64,000 bases of DNA, from positions 1 through 64,000 of the forward strand of contig CAWCFT010000017.1 in NCBI GenBank assembly GCA_963794945.1, given 5' to 3'. Numbering within the stretch: position 1 is the first letter of the stretch; each line of letters opens with the position of its first letter. Positions 41,232 to 51,439 of the stretch are shown here, one piece after another. Source of the DNA: Endomicrobiales bacterium (GTDB lineage Bacteria; Elusimicrobiota; Endomicrobiia; Endomicrobiales; CAWCFT01). Below the pieces are notes generated by a model that made no database searches, had not been told where the DNA came from, and worked only from the letters and a program-made list of their open reading frames with translations. The position numbers and the translations under genes were made by a program.

Positions 41232-41435
41232 TTATTTTTTGGACACACCGAACAAGCCAAAAATTCCTATTCCTGCCGTGAACGCGCCTCCTATCATAAA
41301 CCATATTGTCTTGTTTGTGGGTGAACCCGTAAAAAAGCGCGAGATGTCGGAATTAAACGAATTTGAGGCGTTGATGCCATAGATGATCAAGATAATTCCA
41401 ACAACAAGAAGAACCACTGCTAAACCTTTATTCAT
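41232..41435 (-). CDS. DUF3185-family small membrane protein
   Basis: SRFFTGSPTNKTIW between two TM helices. Confidence 0.8.
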   Translation of the reverse strand: MNKGLAVVLLVVGIILIIYGINASNSFNSDISRFFTGSPTNKTIWFMIGGAFTAGIGIFGLFGVSKK

Positions 41436-41445
41436 ACTAACCTCC

Positions 41446-42279
41446 TCAATCAATATCAAAACGCGCGCCCAGGGTTATTCGGGTTTCTTTAATTTGAAAA
41501 AATTGTCCGTAATATTCCGGGCCTGTTGTATACTCTAAAAAATATGTGATGCCCCTGCCAAATATAGGATTTACACCCATTTTTATTCCGATCTGCGAGT
41601 TGAACTGAGGTATATACGTTGTTCTTTCCCACCACTGAACGTCATTGGCCCAGTAGGCACGCGAATTAGGATTATTAAAAATACGGGGAGTTATCTCGAC
41701 GCCGGATTGATAAGCCCGCGTTTTTTGATCCGGCGGAGTAACCGCCAGGTTATACGTATACCCGCTGTACAAACGCAAAGCAGGGATGAAGTCGTAAGAT
41801 AAAAGCAATCGCAGGCTGTTCCATGAGACATTATTGCCAAACTGCCCGGTCTCACGGATGTAGTCGTCCCCAAGGTGAGAACTGCAATGATAAAACATAA
41901 ACCGGCTTGACCATTTGCCTATACGCACATCGAGCGGGACATTTCCATAGAAGTCTACAACTTGAAGGTCCTTGTTATACGAGAAGTTGAAACGCGCAAA
42001 TATCCCACCGCCGATATCCAACTGCATTGCGCCGATACCGTTAGGCAGCGCCCAGCGGTAAATCCCATAATAGTGGCCGACCGCCACTTCTGCGGCCGTA
42101 ACTTCTTTCTGGGGATATGCCATGCGCAAAGCAAAATGCAATTCCCGAGGGTCTCCAAGAAGCGGAGCGAAAAGCTCATCCGTGCGAGGGGCCATCCCGG
42201 ATTGAAACTGCGGCTGATCCTCCGCCCGGACAGAAACGGCGAGAGCGGCTAACACACATAATAATAGGATCTTTTTCAT
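41446..42279 (-). CDS. DUF1207-like secreted/outer-membrane protein
   Basis: Signal peptide; FAPLLGDPRE, YHCSSHLGDD. Confidence 0.7.
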   Translation of the reverse strand: MKKILLLCVLAALAVSVRAEDQPQFQSGMAPRTDELFAPLLGDPRELHFALRMAYPQKEVTAAEVAVGHYYGIYRWALPNGIGAMQLDIGGGIFARFNFSYNKDLQVVDFYGNVPLDVRIGKWSSRFMFYHCSSHLGDDYIRETGQFGNNVSWNSLRLLLSYDFIPALRLYSGYTYNLAVTPPDQKTRAYQSGVEITPRIFNNPNSRAYWANDVQWWERTTYIPQFNSQIGIKMGVNPIFGRGITYFLEYTTGPEYYGQFFQIKETRITLGARFDID

Positions 42280-42327
42280 ATCGATTGTAATACCGAGAAC
42301 TCAACTGATCTTTTCAAACAATGAACT

Positions 42328-42867
42328 CTATTGCCCCGACAATATAATTTTTGTTTTTTCAATTATTTCAGAAGCTATTTTGTCTGATTTTTCAATTTTT
42401 GAGCTTGCCTGATTTTTATCTGAAGCTAGATAATCGCCCACAGCATTTAAAAGAACTATTCTTTTTTGAACACTTTCATCAGCCTGGACTTCCACGCTTC
42501 TATCTTTGTTTTTGTCCTCAACAAAATTGACTATTATTATTGCCCCGTATTGATTTGCCTGCATGCCTTCAAGGTTTGTTCCCGTGGCGAGTTTGACGTA
42601 ATTGCCGTCCGTTTCCAATATTTGCTTAACCTTTAATATCACCGGGTCATTTAACTTGTTTTTATTGGACACTATAAGCACTTTGGCGGAATAATCTACG
42701 TCTCCTGCGGCATCTGTCATTCCAAGCCCTGCCGCTGAAACATATATGGGGCAAACATGCAATATGCCAGTAATTAGCATGCCGCAAAGCTGCCTGTAGT
42801 TCATATAGTTAATCATTTTTATTCTCCTCGAGCATATTACAATCGGATCATTTCTCACACATATCAC
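42328..42867 (-). CDS. Hypothetical protein (start uncertain)
   Basis: In-operon ORF. Confidence 0.5.
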   Translation of the reverse strand: MICVRNDPIVICSRRIKMINYMNYRQLCGMLITGILHVCPIYVSAAGLGMTDAAGDVDYSAKVLIVSNKNKLNDPVILKVKQILETDGNYVKLATGTNLEGMQANQYGAIIIVNFVEDKNKDRSVEVQADESVQKRIVLLNAVGDYLASDKNQASSKIEKSDKIASEIIEKTKIILSGQ

Positions 42868-43271
42868 ATCCGATTGTTTGGGTTTGAACTGGGTATAACT
42901 TTTATGGACTCATGAATATCGCCAACATCTTTGCCGTCCCGCGTTCTCGCGCCCGTAAGGATTATTTCCGCTGTTCCACTATCATTTGCATTCGGGAAGG
43001 AATAAGATACTTTACACTTGTATTTACCGTCCCAGTAGGCAGGGAACACCAGGTCATTGTCATCCGTCATTTTAAAATGCACATAAGCGCTGACAGTCGT
43101 ATCCATAGGCACATTAAAGACGAACGAGAATGTGGTCATGACCTCAGGCTGGATAGATGCAGGATTCGCTGAAAAACTGCTCAACTCCTGCGGCTGTTCT
43201 TGTGAATACATCACCATCGCGGCAAACGCAGATATAATGAATAAAACTAAAACAACTCTTAATATTTTCAT
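42864..43271 (-). CDS. Secreted protein, possible Ig-like domain
   Basis: Signal peptide; FVFNVPMDT. Confidence 0.55.
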   Translation of the reverse strand: MKILRVVLVLFIISAFAAMVMYSQEQPQELSSFSANPASIQPEVMTTFSFVFNVPMDTTVSAYVHFKMTDDNDLVFPAYWDGKYKCKVSYSFPNANDSGTAEIILTGARTRDGKDVGDIHESIKVIPSSNPNNRM

Positions 43272-43290
43272 AAGAAGCGCATCCTGTTGT

Positions 43291-44718
43291 TTACTTTGGC
43301 GCAGGCACTGAACCTGCGTAAAACACTTCGCACTTTCCTCTAGTTAAGAGCTCCTTTCCGTTCTTGAAAAGATTAAGCGCCGGCCCCGCGAGCGATACCA
43401 GGAATAACGGTTTCTCCACGACCGGTTTTTGGATGGAGCCGTGCATTTTCTGCTTAACTTTGGCGCACCCTTTTGCGTCTATCAGCGCTATGGTAACATC
43501 TTCAAACCGTTCTTCGGCGAAATTGACTCCTCCTTTTAGAGCGACCCTGTTATGTTTTGTCGAAAAGGCCACGTCTTTAGCCTGTGCTATTCCGTGTTCT
43601 ATCTTCCAATTTGAATAAAGCTTGCCAATACCGCTGCTGCCACCCGACCCTTTCAGTACGTTCGCGAAGTTATACCCTTTCATAGCGGCAAGGCCGAGCG
43701 GGCCGGTGAAAAAGTAAGCGCCCACATCCCATAGATTGAAGTTTTGGCTGGATTGATAGCGGGCAAACTCCCTGTCCAGGTCATGGCCGTAAAGCGTGAG
43801 GTTTTCGCCGCTCAGCGAGACCTCGCCTTCAGCAGACTGCTTTAACTCCTTTGCGGTATTTCCGCTCATCGTCAAGCCTGCGGAGAAGTCCATAGCTCCT
43901 TCAGCTACCTTCGCTGAAGACAGAGTTTTGAAGTAATCTTCTATCTTGAACTTTGCCAACGATGCACTGACAGTATAATGAGGAACTGGGCGAGCAAGGT
44001 CCGCCACTATATTCCCCGAACCCTGACCTTCGAAAACCTGTGTCTTGACCGGATCGAAAGCGAATATGCCATCCTTGCCGTTGCATCTAAACTTCACATC
44101 CGATAAAATAAAGTCCTGCGTCCGGATCTCCCGGCAGGCAAATTCTGCTTTAAAGGAAAGCTTCTTCAAAAACTCAGCCCTGTTTTCCCCCGCGATCCGT
44201 AAATCACGCAGGCTCAGATCGAAGTTCTCCGCTTCGAAACCTTGCCCTGAGCGCTCGTCCACAAAGAAAAATCTTCCGTTATAAATAGAAATGCCGTCAA
44301 GAACCGCCGCCGTGATCGCCCCTTTGGCATTTTCCCGCTGTTCGAAATTAAATTGACCATCACGGCCCATTTTCACATAGACCACGGGCCGCATCAGCCT
44401 GATATCGCTGATAAGGGCCTCCATTTTCAACAATGGCAGTAGCGCCGGCTTCAGGTATGCTTCTTGCGCGGAAACAATGTCCACGCCCCGGTTCCTTATG
44501 CGCAAATCATGAAGTTTAACTTTCAAGACAGGGAAGATATAAATCCCCAGCCTTCCTCCAACACGCACATCCATCCCCAGCGCTTCCGATGCGGCTTTTT
44601 CTATCCAGGATTTGTAGACGCTTGTATTGACAAAAAAATACAGCGCAACAGAGATTATGATCAGCAGCCCGGCAAGCGAAACCAGAGCGAAGATAATTCC
44701 CTTAAATAGTCTTGACAT
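43291..44718 (-). CDS. AsmA-family protein
   Basis: N-terminal anchor, IEKAASEALGMDV, DGQFNF, beta-rich body. Confidence 0.8.
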   Translation of the reverse strand: MSRLFKGIIFALVSLAGLLIIISVALYFFVNTSVYKSWIEKAASEALGMDVRVGGRLGIYIFPVLKVKLHDLRIRNRGVDIVSAQEAYLKPALLPLLKMEALISDIRLMRPVVYVKMGRDGQFNFEQRENAKGAITAAVLDGISIYNGRFFFVDERSGQGFEAENFDLSLRDLRIAGENRAEFLKKLSFKAEFACREIRTQDFILSDVKFRCNGKDGIFAFDPVKTQVFEGQGSGNIVADLARPVPHYTVSASLAKFKIEDYFKTLSSAKVAEGAMDFSAGLTMSGNTAKELKQSAEGEVSLSGENLTLYGHDLDREFARYQSSQNFNLWDVGAYFFTGPLGLAAMKGYNFANVLKGSGGSSGIGKLYSNWKIEHGIAQAKDVAFSTKHNRVALKGGVNFAEERFEDVTIALIDAKGCAKVKQKMHGSIQKPVVEKPLFLVSLAGPALNLFKNGKELLTRGKCEVFYAGSVPAPK

Positions 44719-44750
44719 ACTAGTTCCTGTTTATTTAACGATTTTGAACT

Positions 44751-44900
44751 TTACAGCGCCTTGCGGCCCTGGATGACGCGAATCAGTACTATCACTATAG
44801 CGATAACCAACAGAACATGAATGAATCCGCCCATCGTGTACGAGCTGACCAATCCTAATAGCCACAAGATCAACAATACAACTGCTATAGTCCAAAGCAT
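44751..44900 (-). CDS. lmo0937-family small membrane protein (49 aa; not in the ORF track)
   Basis: MLWTIAVVLLILWLLGLVSSYTMGGFIHVLLVIAIVIVLIRVIQGRKAL; GGAGGAG RBS. Confidence 0.88.
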   Translation of the reverse strand: MLWTIAVVLLILWLLGLVSSYTMGGFIHVLLVIAIVIVLIRVIQGRKAL

Positions 44901-45315
44901 ATACTCCTCCCTGTTGACATTTTTTTACCTGAAACTTAAAAGCTATTCTCTCCCGTGTTCGCCGCCCCCGCCTCCTCTATCGTTTTGCTGTCCTCCTCCC
45001 CCACCACGCTCGCCGCCGCCCCGCTCCCCATTCTCCGGGCCCCTTTCTCCGCCGCGTTCTACATTATTATTATTCTGTTGGCCCTTTTCAAAATTGCCTG
45101 CCTGGCCTGCATTTTGCCCACCGCCTCTTTGCATATTTTTCGGCCTGGCCGGGCGCCCTTTCCACTCCTGGTAACGTATGTGTTTCGCCCGCGCATATTT
45201 TGCCGTATTTCCGAAGCCTTCGCCCGCCTTATCGGCTGAATTTACCGATCCTGCCGTAAGCGCGGAAACCGTTTTATCGGTATCAATGGCCATAATAGTA
45301 TTCATGTGACTGCCT

Positions 45316-46119
45316 TTAACAACTCTTGACACTGACGGACAAGGATAATTTGATCAGTTTTTCACAAACGATCATATCATTAACAACATCCGTTACGCCT
45401 TTCACGTCGCTCGTAAGTTTCCCCACAAGCGTTTTTTCAGCATCATTCTTCGCCTTACCCTGTAACGTGACCACTCCATCATTAGTTCTTACCCGGGTTT
45501 TGATAGCGCTGGTCGAGCGGTGAAGCAGAAGCGCCATCTTTACCTGGGCCGTTATTGAAGCGTCATCAATTTTCTCGCTTATCGTTTCTTTCGTATTACT
45601 GGGATTACCGGCCACCGTCATATCGTTTTTAACGTTCTTGACACCTGCGACGTCGCTGGCATATTCGGTTGTTAATTCCTTTTGTGCCTGGCTCGAGGCT
45701 TCGCCGCTCAAAGCCACTATCCCGTTCCTCACGTTCACGTCCGTCTTGGTCGCCCTTACGTTGCTATGGAACAGGAGCACCGTCTTAACTTTCAGCGCGA
45801 TCCAACCATCCGAATTCTCAGCCGGCTGCTCGCCTTTGAAAACCAGTTGATCGTCCACACTTTTCACTCCCGGTAGGCTTGCCACGGTCTCCCGGGCCAA
45901 TGCTTTGTGCGACTCTTCCCTGACAGTCCCTTTCAATGTGACGATACCGTTCTTCGACTGAACGCTGACACTGTCATCCTTGAGATATGTCTTAAATACA
46001 TACGAATCCCTGGCCGACGATTCAATGCGCGAATCCGTTTCAGAAGCCCGCACGGATACCCCTGCCAATAAAACAATTGCCATTAAAGCGGCGAACAATC
46101 TTGTTAATTTTGTCTTCAT
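45316..46119 (-). CDS. BON-domain (OsmY-like) protein, three BON repeats
   Basis: Signal peptide; three D..I...V.L.G...GVK.V repeats. Confidence 0.9.
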   Translation of the reverse strand: MKTKLTRLFAALMAIVLLAGVSVRASETDSRIESSARDSYVFKTYLKDDSVSVQSKNGIVTLKGTVREESHKALARETVASLPGVKSVDDQLVFKGEQPAENSDGWIALKVKTVLLFHSNVRATKTDVNVRNGIVALSGEASSQAQKELTTEYASDVAGVKNVKNDMTVAGNPSNTKETISEKIDDASITAQVKMALLLHRSTSAIKTRVRTNDGVVTLQGKAKNDAEKTLVGKLTSDVKGVTDVVNDMIVCEKLIKLSLSVSVKSC

Positions 46120-46169
46120 TTTAATCTCCTTTTTTACGCTGACGATCTGACTTTCACATGTTGCCCGGT

Positions 46170-46625
46170 CTAGTTCACTATGATCTCAAAAACAACCCTC
46201 CTGTTGGCCTTCGCTTGCCATGCGTCAATGTTTTTGGGTATAGGCACATACGCGGCAGGTTTCGCTTCGCCATATTTGATCTCTGTTATCCTGCCCGGCG
46301 CGATATTTCCCGCTATAAGTATTTTCTTAATGGTATTTACCCTTCTTTCGCTTAACTTTTTATTGAACTCTTCATCTACCGAAGCTAAAGTGTATCCCGC
46401 GATGCGGATCTTAACTTCAGGATTTTCATACAACTCATTAATATTCCGTATCATCGCCCTCTCACCTTTTCTTGTAAGCATGTCCGTGTCCTTCTTAAAA
46501 TGCGCGTCCTCAAGTATCATGAGTTTATCCAGAACGACAACTTTAGGTTCCTGGACTGTTGCGCAGCCCTGAAACATTGCAAACCCGCAAACGATCAACA
46601 CCGACAACGCAATAAAATTTTTCAT
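46170..46625 (-). CDS. OmpA-family lipoprotein
   Basis: FQGC lipobox; NKKLSERR, YGEAKP, NRRV. Confidence 0.88.
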   Translation of the reverse strand: MKNFIALSVLIVCGFAMFQGCATVQEPKVVVLDKLMILEDAHFKKDTDMLTRKGERAMIRNINELYENPEVKIRIAGYTLASVDEEFNKKLSERRVNTIKKILIAGNIAPGRITEIKYGEAKPAAYVPIPKNIDAWQAKANRRVVFEIIVN

Positions 46626-46772
46626 AAATTACCCTCTGGTATAATATTTTTACACCTGACCCGGTTTAAACACACATGACACTTTATTGAAGACTAATCT
46701 TGTTGATATATCCGTGTAATCTGTTTTAATAACCTGTGTAATCAAGACCGTTGAGATTTTCATCAACGGTCT

Positions 46773-46952
46773 CTATTTCCCAAATACCTTCTTGACTTGG
46801 CCGATCTTCTCCTGAATTTTGCCGGCTATCTCTTCGGCTTTGCCCCTGACTTCCAACTCAGCGTCATCGGTTATTATCCCGGCAATTTCCTTGAGCTTTC
46901 CCTTCGTTTTGTGAAACCTGCCTTCCGCCTGGTCCTGCCTGCTTGATTTCAT
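46773..46952 (-). CDS. csbD: CsbD-family stress protein (59 aa; not in the ORF track)
   Basis: MKSSRQDQAEGRFHKTKGKLKEIAG...GKIQEKIGQVKKVFGK; AAGGAG RBS. Confidence 0.88.
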   Translation of the reverse strand: MKSSRQDQAEGRFHKTKGKLKEIAGIITDDAELEVRGKAEEIAGKIQEKIGQVKKVFGK

Positions 46953-47045
46953 TGTAATCTCCTTTGTGCTTTTGTTACTTACAACTATATTAGTTCCATA
47001 CCCCTCTGTGTATCGGCTGATTCCTCATATTACTGACCTATTACT

Positions 47046-47412
47046 TTAACACGCCTTATTTATCAAATAGATCAGTTCCTGGCCGTTTATCGGTTTTTGG
47101 AAAAATCCCAATGCCCCGATTTTTAAAGCCTTTTCCCTTAACCCTCCGTTCTTGTCAGCCGTGATGATGATGACGGAACGTTTTGACCCAGATTTAATGA
47201 GCTGTTTCAATGTTTCCCACCCGTCCATGCCAGGCATATGTATGTCCAGTATCAAACAGCCTTGAACGCTGTCCGGAACTTCGCTGAAGAATTTCTCAGC
47301 CGAAAGAAAGACGGTTACTTCCACATCAAAAGTAGCTAACAAATATTTGAGCGCGCGGCCTACCCGACTCATCGTCATCAATAATAAATACACGCTTTAT
47401 TTCTTTGTGCAT
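47046..47412 (-). CDS. Single-domain response regulator (FixJ-like receiver), frameshift near the 5' end
   Basis: Alternate frame VFIIDDDES; CLILDIHMPGMDG, FFQKP. Confidence 0.8.
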
Positions 47413-47434
47413 TAACTTATCCTTTCCTGGTTAG

Positions 47435-47481
47435 AGTGTACGCTTAACAAAACAATCGGTCAATTGTACCTTGGTATAATA
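47435..47481 (-). promoter_or_regulatory. Promoter with a palindromic box abutting -35
   Basis: ATTATACC-AA-GGTACAAT overlapping TTGACC-17bp-TACACT; 25 bp identical to 61550-61574. Confidence 0.7.
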
Positions 47482-47866
47482 GGCCCGACCCGTTAAAGAT
47501 AGCCCCTACCTGTCGGGGCGAACCCTTAACAGTTAACTCTGAAACATTATGGTTCTTCAGCTTATCGTCATTCTTAGCCGAATACCACATTGATGTGTAT
47601 CCAGCGATGCCCGCGCCCCCACAAATGAAAAAAGACAGATACCTTCTGTATGTCTTTTTTCTTTTGTTTGTGATCTTTTTGGCTCAGTTAGTCATACCAC
47701 GATTTTCGCTTAAGATTATAGTTTCAAGGTAGCTCTTAGATCTCAGTTTAGAGACAAAAATCTCTATTACGATACTGGATAGTCGTCGCGTAATATACCC
47801 TGTTTTGCTTTACATCGAATCTGTGCAACACTTTCCGTGTAAGTTACGCTCTATCGAAAAATCCGG

Positions 47867-48717
47867 TTAAAAAACAATGCCCAAATTCAGGTTTAAAGTG
47901 GAATAGCGGACATCGGCCGAATTGTTGAAAGGGTCGTAATTTCCGGTTGCGTTGTTTAAAATTAAACCGGACTGGCTTATGTGCCGTAATTTACCGTGTA
48001 CAAAAGTTCCAGCTGTACAATATTAAATACCATGCCACCCCCGGCGGCCCAATACAGCCCTCCGCCGAAAGAAGCGTTGTTCCCCGCGAAATCATTGTCC
48101 GCCGAGAACGAATTTCCGCCTATATGCGCGGTTAAATATTTGTAATAGTATCTTTCATCGGGGACTGACCTTACCCTTATTAAACCGTACAGCGGAGTGA
48201 AACTAAAATACCCGTTTTGACTTGTCTGCTTTCGCGGGAATTGCTCTGTAATCCCTATGCCAAGCCCTATCTGGTTGGTGACATAACCGATATATTCGCT
48301 TGTCAGCGTCAATGCGCTTGTGGTATCACTGGCGCCCGACAGCAGAGTCGTGCCGAAATTACCCTGATAATAGCTGCCGCTGTATATATTCAGCTTTCCG
48401 CCAATATCAACCCCCAGTTTGAATACCAGTTCCGTCTGCTTCAGCCTGCGTTCGGTCCTGTAAGGCCGGTAAGAGCCGTCTCTCTCATTATAGCGCGCAC
48501 GCGAATACTCTATCCTGTTTATCTGGTTCGTGTTTATTGATTCTTCCCCGGAGCCTGTTTCAACTGTTACCATGGCGCTGTTTTGTGAGATCACTTTGCA
48601 CTTTAAAGTCTGCCCATCGTTGAAATATATTATGTCGGCGCGCAATGGGGCAATAGCCACCGTGATCAATACCAACGATAGAACTGTGTTCCTGAGCAAC
48701 TGTATTATTCTTTTCAT
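47867..48717 (-). CDS. Outer-membrane beta-barrel protein, frameshift near 47980
   Basis: Signal peptide; alternate frame ends LNLGIVF. Confidence 0.6.
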
Positions 48718-48737
48718 TTTTACCTCCCTCTATTATT

Positions 48738-51221
48738 CTAATCCGGCTTTCGTTTAGCCTCGTCTACTATTTCAACTGTTCTGTTAATTTTCAGATCAAC
48801 GATCAGGGGAAGGTGGTCTGAGGCTATCTTATCCAGGTCTGTCCTTGACACTTCCACGCGCGCCACTTCAAATTCAGGGCTCACAAAAACATGGTCGATC
48901 CTCGCTATCGGATAATGGCTGAAGAAAGTCGCTTTTGGTTTGTGGTCATCAAGCTCTTTCTGAGCGTCGCGAAGGACTTTACTGATGTTAAGGTATAACC
49001 GCGAATAGGGAAAAGAGTTAAGGTCACCGCACAAAATAACCGGCCCATGCCTGTCCGGATGGGCTAACCATTCCGGGCCAAGCAGGGTATTTAAATGGCG
49101 TATCCTTTCCCGCGGGAAAATACCGAGATGAGTATTAAAAAAACTGATCTTCACGCCTTCAATATTGATATCCGCCCAGATACATCCGCGCGGTTCCCTC
49201 TTATGGTTGGTTGTGTTAACGGGCTCGAACCGGCCGGCGCGGATCAATTCCATGGGGTAACGGCTGAGCAGCGCGATGCCGTATTGCTCCTGGCCAACTA
49301 CAACCAGGGGATTAAAACGATACGACATCTCCAGTTCTTTAGCTATCAGGTGAGGCTGGTCAACCCCTCCGGTTCGTTTGCGGCCCATATCCAGCTCCTG
49401 AAGCGCCACGATGTCCGGTTCGTACCGCCCGATGGCGCGAGCGATCCTTTCCGGCGAGACCTTACCGTCAGTTCCGATACAGGAATGCACGTTATATGTC
49501 ATAACCCGGAGCGTGCCCGGGACAGTTTTATTTTTTTCTTTGATCACTGTTTTAAAATATTGTTTTGACTCTTTTAGAGGCTGTCGCTTTAAAAACCGTA
49601 GAACCGCGAACCGCAGGTCTGTCGGAGTTAAATACGTTTGTTCCCGTTTCCTCGGAATAACGTCAATGGGAAGCAAGGCAAAACCATTCGTTTCCTCAAG
49701 GCCGGGCCCCGCGTGCGAACCATGCTCCACGGGAAATGTCATGGGTTTATGCCCGGGCCTGAAACCCATGAAAGTCAGGCCTCCCGCGTCGGGATGATGG
49801 CAAAGGTTTATCAAGTCTTGCGTAAGCTGAGCTAAGTTCGGGTGTCCATCTCCCAATATTTCCTTCGAGTCTTTAGGCAGAGTAAATTCGCCCTGCTCTG
49901 TCCAAACGCGCACTATCCCCTTTTCTTCGGGCAGCATTACAACAGGAATTTCAGCTTTAGCAACTAATTCACGCGCGAACCGGCGCATTTCTTCTTTAGA
50001 CATCTTTCGCGGCAGGTAAATATCTCCCTTCGGCCCAAAAGCCGTAACGACCAGCTTCTTGCCAGGTGAAACGCATTGAGAAGGATGCTCCGCGCAGATG
50101 TTTTTTTTAGTGAATGGAAACCCAAGAAAACCGATGCGCTGAAGCCGTTCCACGTTTTTATCAATATGAAGAAGATCAAACGCCGCGTCAAACCCTTTTA
50201 AAACTTCGGCCACGGCGTCCTCAACATTTTTTTTGTGTTTCACCGCGTAAGAAACGGAATCTTCCTGCCCGTGGTCAGAATAGATCCATACATCGTAACT
50301 GCGGTGCGGGGAATGCAGCGCGTCGCGGTATATCTTCGCTATGGCGCGGTCGATTCCCTGCAAAGACCAATATGCGGCTTTTGAGGAAGGGCCCCGGTTA
50401 TGTGCCACTTCATCGTAACCTATAAGGTTCAAATGGATAATGGGCAAACCCCGCGCGATATCTATTTTAGCCCCCATTGACGCCAGGTCTCTCAAAAGAA
50501 TGCAAATCAACGCGCGGACATAAATAAACTGAAATTCCTTTATAAAATTCTCTTCTTTAAGTATGCCCCTCGCGAAATCAAAAATACCAAATATAAACTC
50601 CAATACTATCAACGCGAAAATACGCGCCATTGACGGCAGATGCGTCAAAGCTAAAATAACGGCATTAAAGGGAGCAACATCTTTCCATAGCTGGCTCAAC
50701 CCTAAAGAAGTGACGCAAAAATGCGACTCCAGGGCGCCGCCCCTGAAAATATTGGAAAACGAACTACCGCCTTCCAAAAGCCCCTGCCCCTGCAGCACCA
50801 GCCTGCGTTCTATCTCAAGCACCGCGTCGCTTTCATACATCCTGAAAACCTTGCCGCTTTCTTTGTCAAAGAACGCAAACCCGGGAACAATTTGTTTAAC
50901 GCCGTAAAACAATTCCCCCTGGACCGAAGGTGTGCTGGCAGGCAGACCCGGGTAATGGTCATGAAGCCGGTAAAAATTATTCTCTATCAGGCCTTTTAAA
51001 AAAGGGGCTTTTTTATCCGCGAACGCTTTGTTCAACTGTTTCCGCGATAACCCGTCTATCTGTATAAGCACGAGCCCGGGCTTGGTCTCCTCCCCTCTTA
51101 TACGCGGAAGGCGCATAAGCCTGGCAGACCATTCACTCAAAGAGAACAGCCTGGGAAGCTTGAAAAAAAATTGTATAATTTCTTCCCCTATCGGTTTTTT
51201 TGAGCCTGCCGTATCAAGCAT
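48738..51221 (-). CDS. Alkaline-phosphatase-superfamily domain fused to an EEP (endonuclease/exonuclease/phosphatase) domain
   Basis: IQIDGL, STP, YDEVAH, SDHGQ, GSHAG; then MTYNVH, LQE, GDLN, RIDH, SDHLP. Confidence 0.85.
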   Translation of the reverse strand: MLDTAGSKKPIGEEIIQFFFKLPRLFSLSEWSARLMRLPRIRGEETKPGLVLIQIDGLSRKQLNKAFADKKAPFLKGLIENNFYRLHDHYPGLPASTPSVQGELFYGVKQIVPGFAFFDKESGKVFRMYESDAVLEIERRLVLQGQGLLEGGSSFSNIFRGGALESHFCVTSLGLSQLWKDVAPFNAVILALTHLPSMARIFALIVLEFIFGIFDFARGILKEENFIKEFQFIYVRALICILLRDLASMGAKIDIARGLPIIHLNLIGYDEVAHNRGPSSKAAYWSLQGIDRAIAKIYRDALHSPHRSYDVWIYSDHGQEDSVSYAVKHKKNVEDAVAEVLKGFDAAFDLLHIDKNVERLQRIGFLGFPFTKKNICAEHPSQCVSPGKKLVVTAFGPKGDIYLPRKMSKEEMRRFARELVAKAEIPVVMLPEEKGIVRVWTEQGEFTLPKDSKEILGDGHPNLAQLTQDLINLCHHPDAGGLTFMGFRPGHKPMTFPVEHGSHAGPGLEETNGFALLPIDVIPRKREQTYLTPTDLRFAVLRFLKRQPLKESKQYFKTVIKEKNKTVPGTLRVMTYNVHSCIGTDGKVSPERIARAIGRYEPDIVALQELDMGRKRTGGVDQPHLIAKELEMSYRFNPLVVVGQEQYGIALLSRYPMELIRAGRFEPVNTTNHKREPRGCIWADINIEGVKISFFNTHLGIFPRERIRHLNTLLGPEWLAHPDRHGPVILCGDLNSFPYSRLYLNISKVLRDAQKELDDHKPKATFFSHYPIARIDHVFVSPEFEVARVEVSRTDLDKIASDHLPLIVDLKINRTVEIVDEAKRKPD

Positions 51222-51439
51222 TGCACCGCCCGCCGACGCGAAACAAACTGATAAAAGTTAGCCACTTTACGATCACCTGTCCTCCATAATATGCGCTGTC
51301 AGATATGTACATTTGGCGGGCTCTGCCGCTAAAAACCCAACAGCAATGTCAACAAAATTGTTTATCCTTTTAGCTACAAAGCTTGCTTTGCACGCTAACA
51401 CCAAGCTCCCTAAATGTTTGCATTTGGTGTTTGAAAGTC

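Noticed and set aside
44943..45332. Gly-rich 129-aa ORF as a confident gene
   Set aside because: Low complexity, unclear start; may be a fragment or frameshifted gene
47480..47700. Riboswitch such as c-di-GMP upstream of the receiver gene
   Set aside because: Short hairpins only; no recognisable consensus motif
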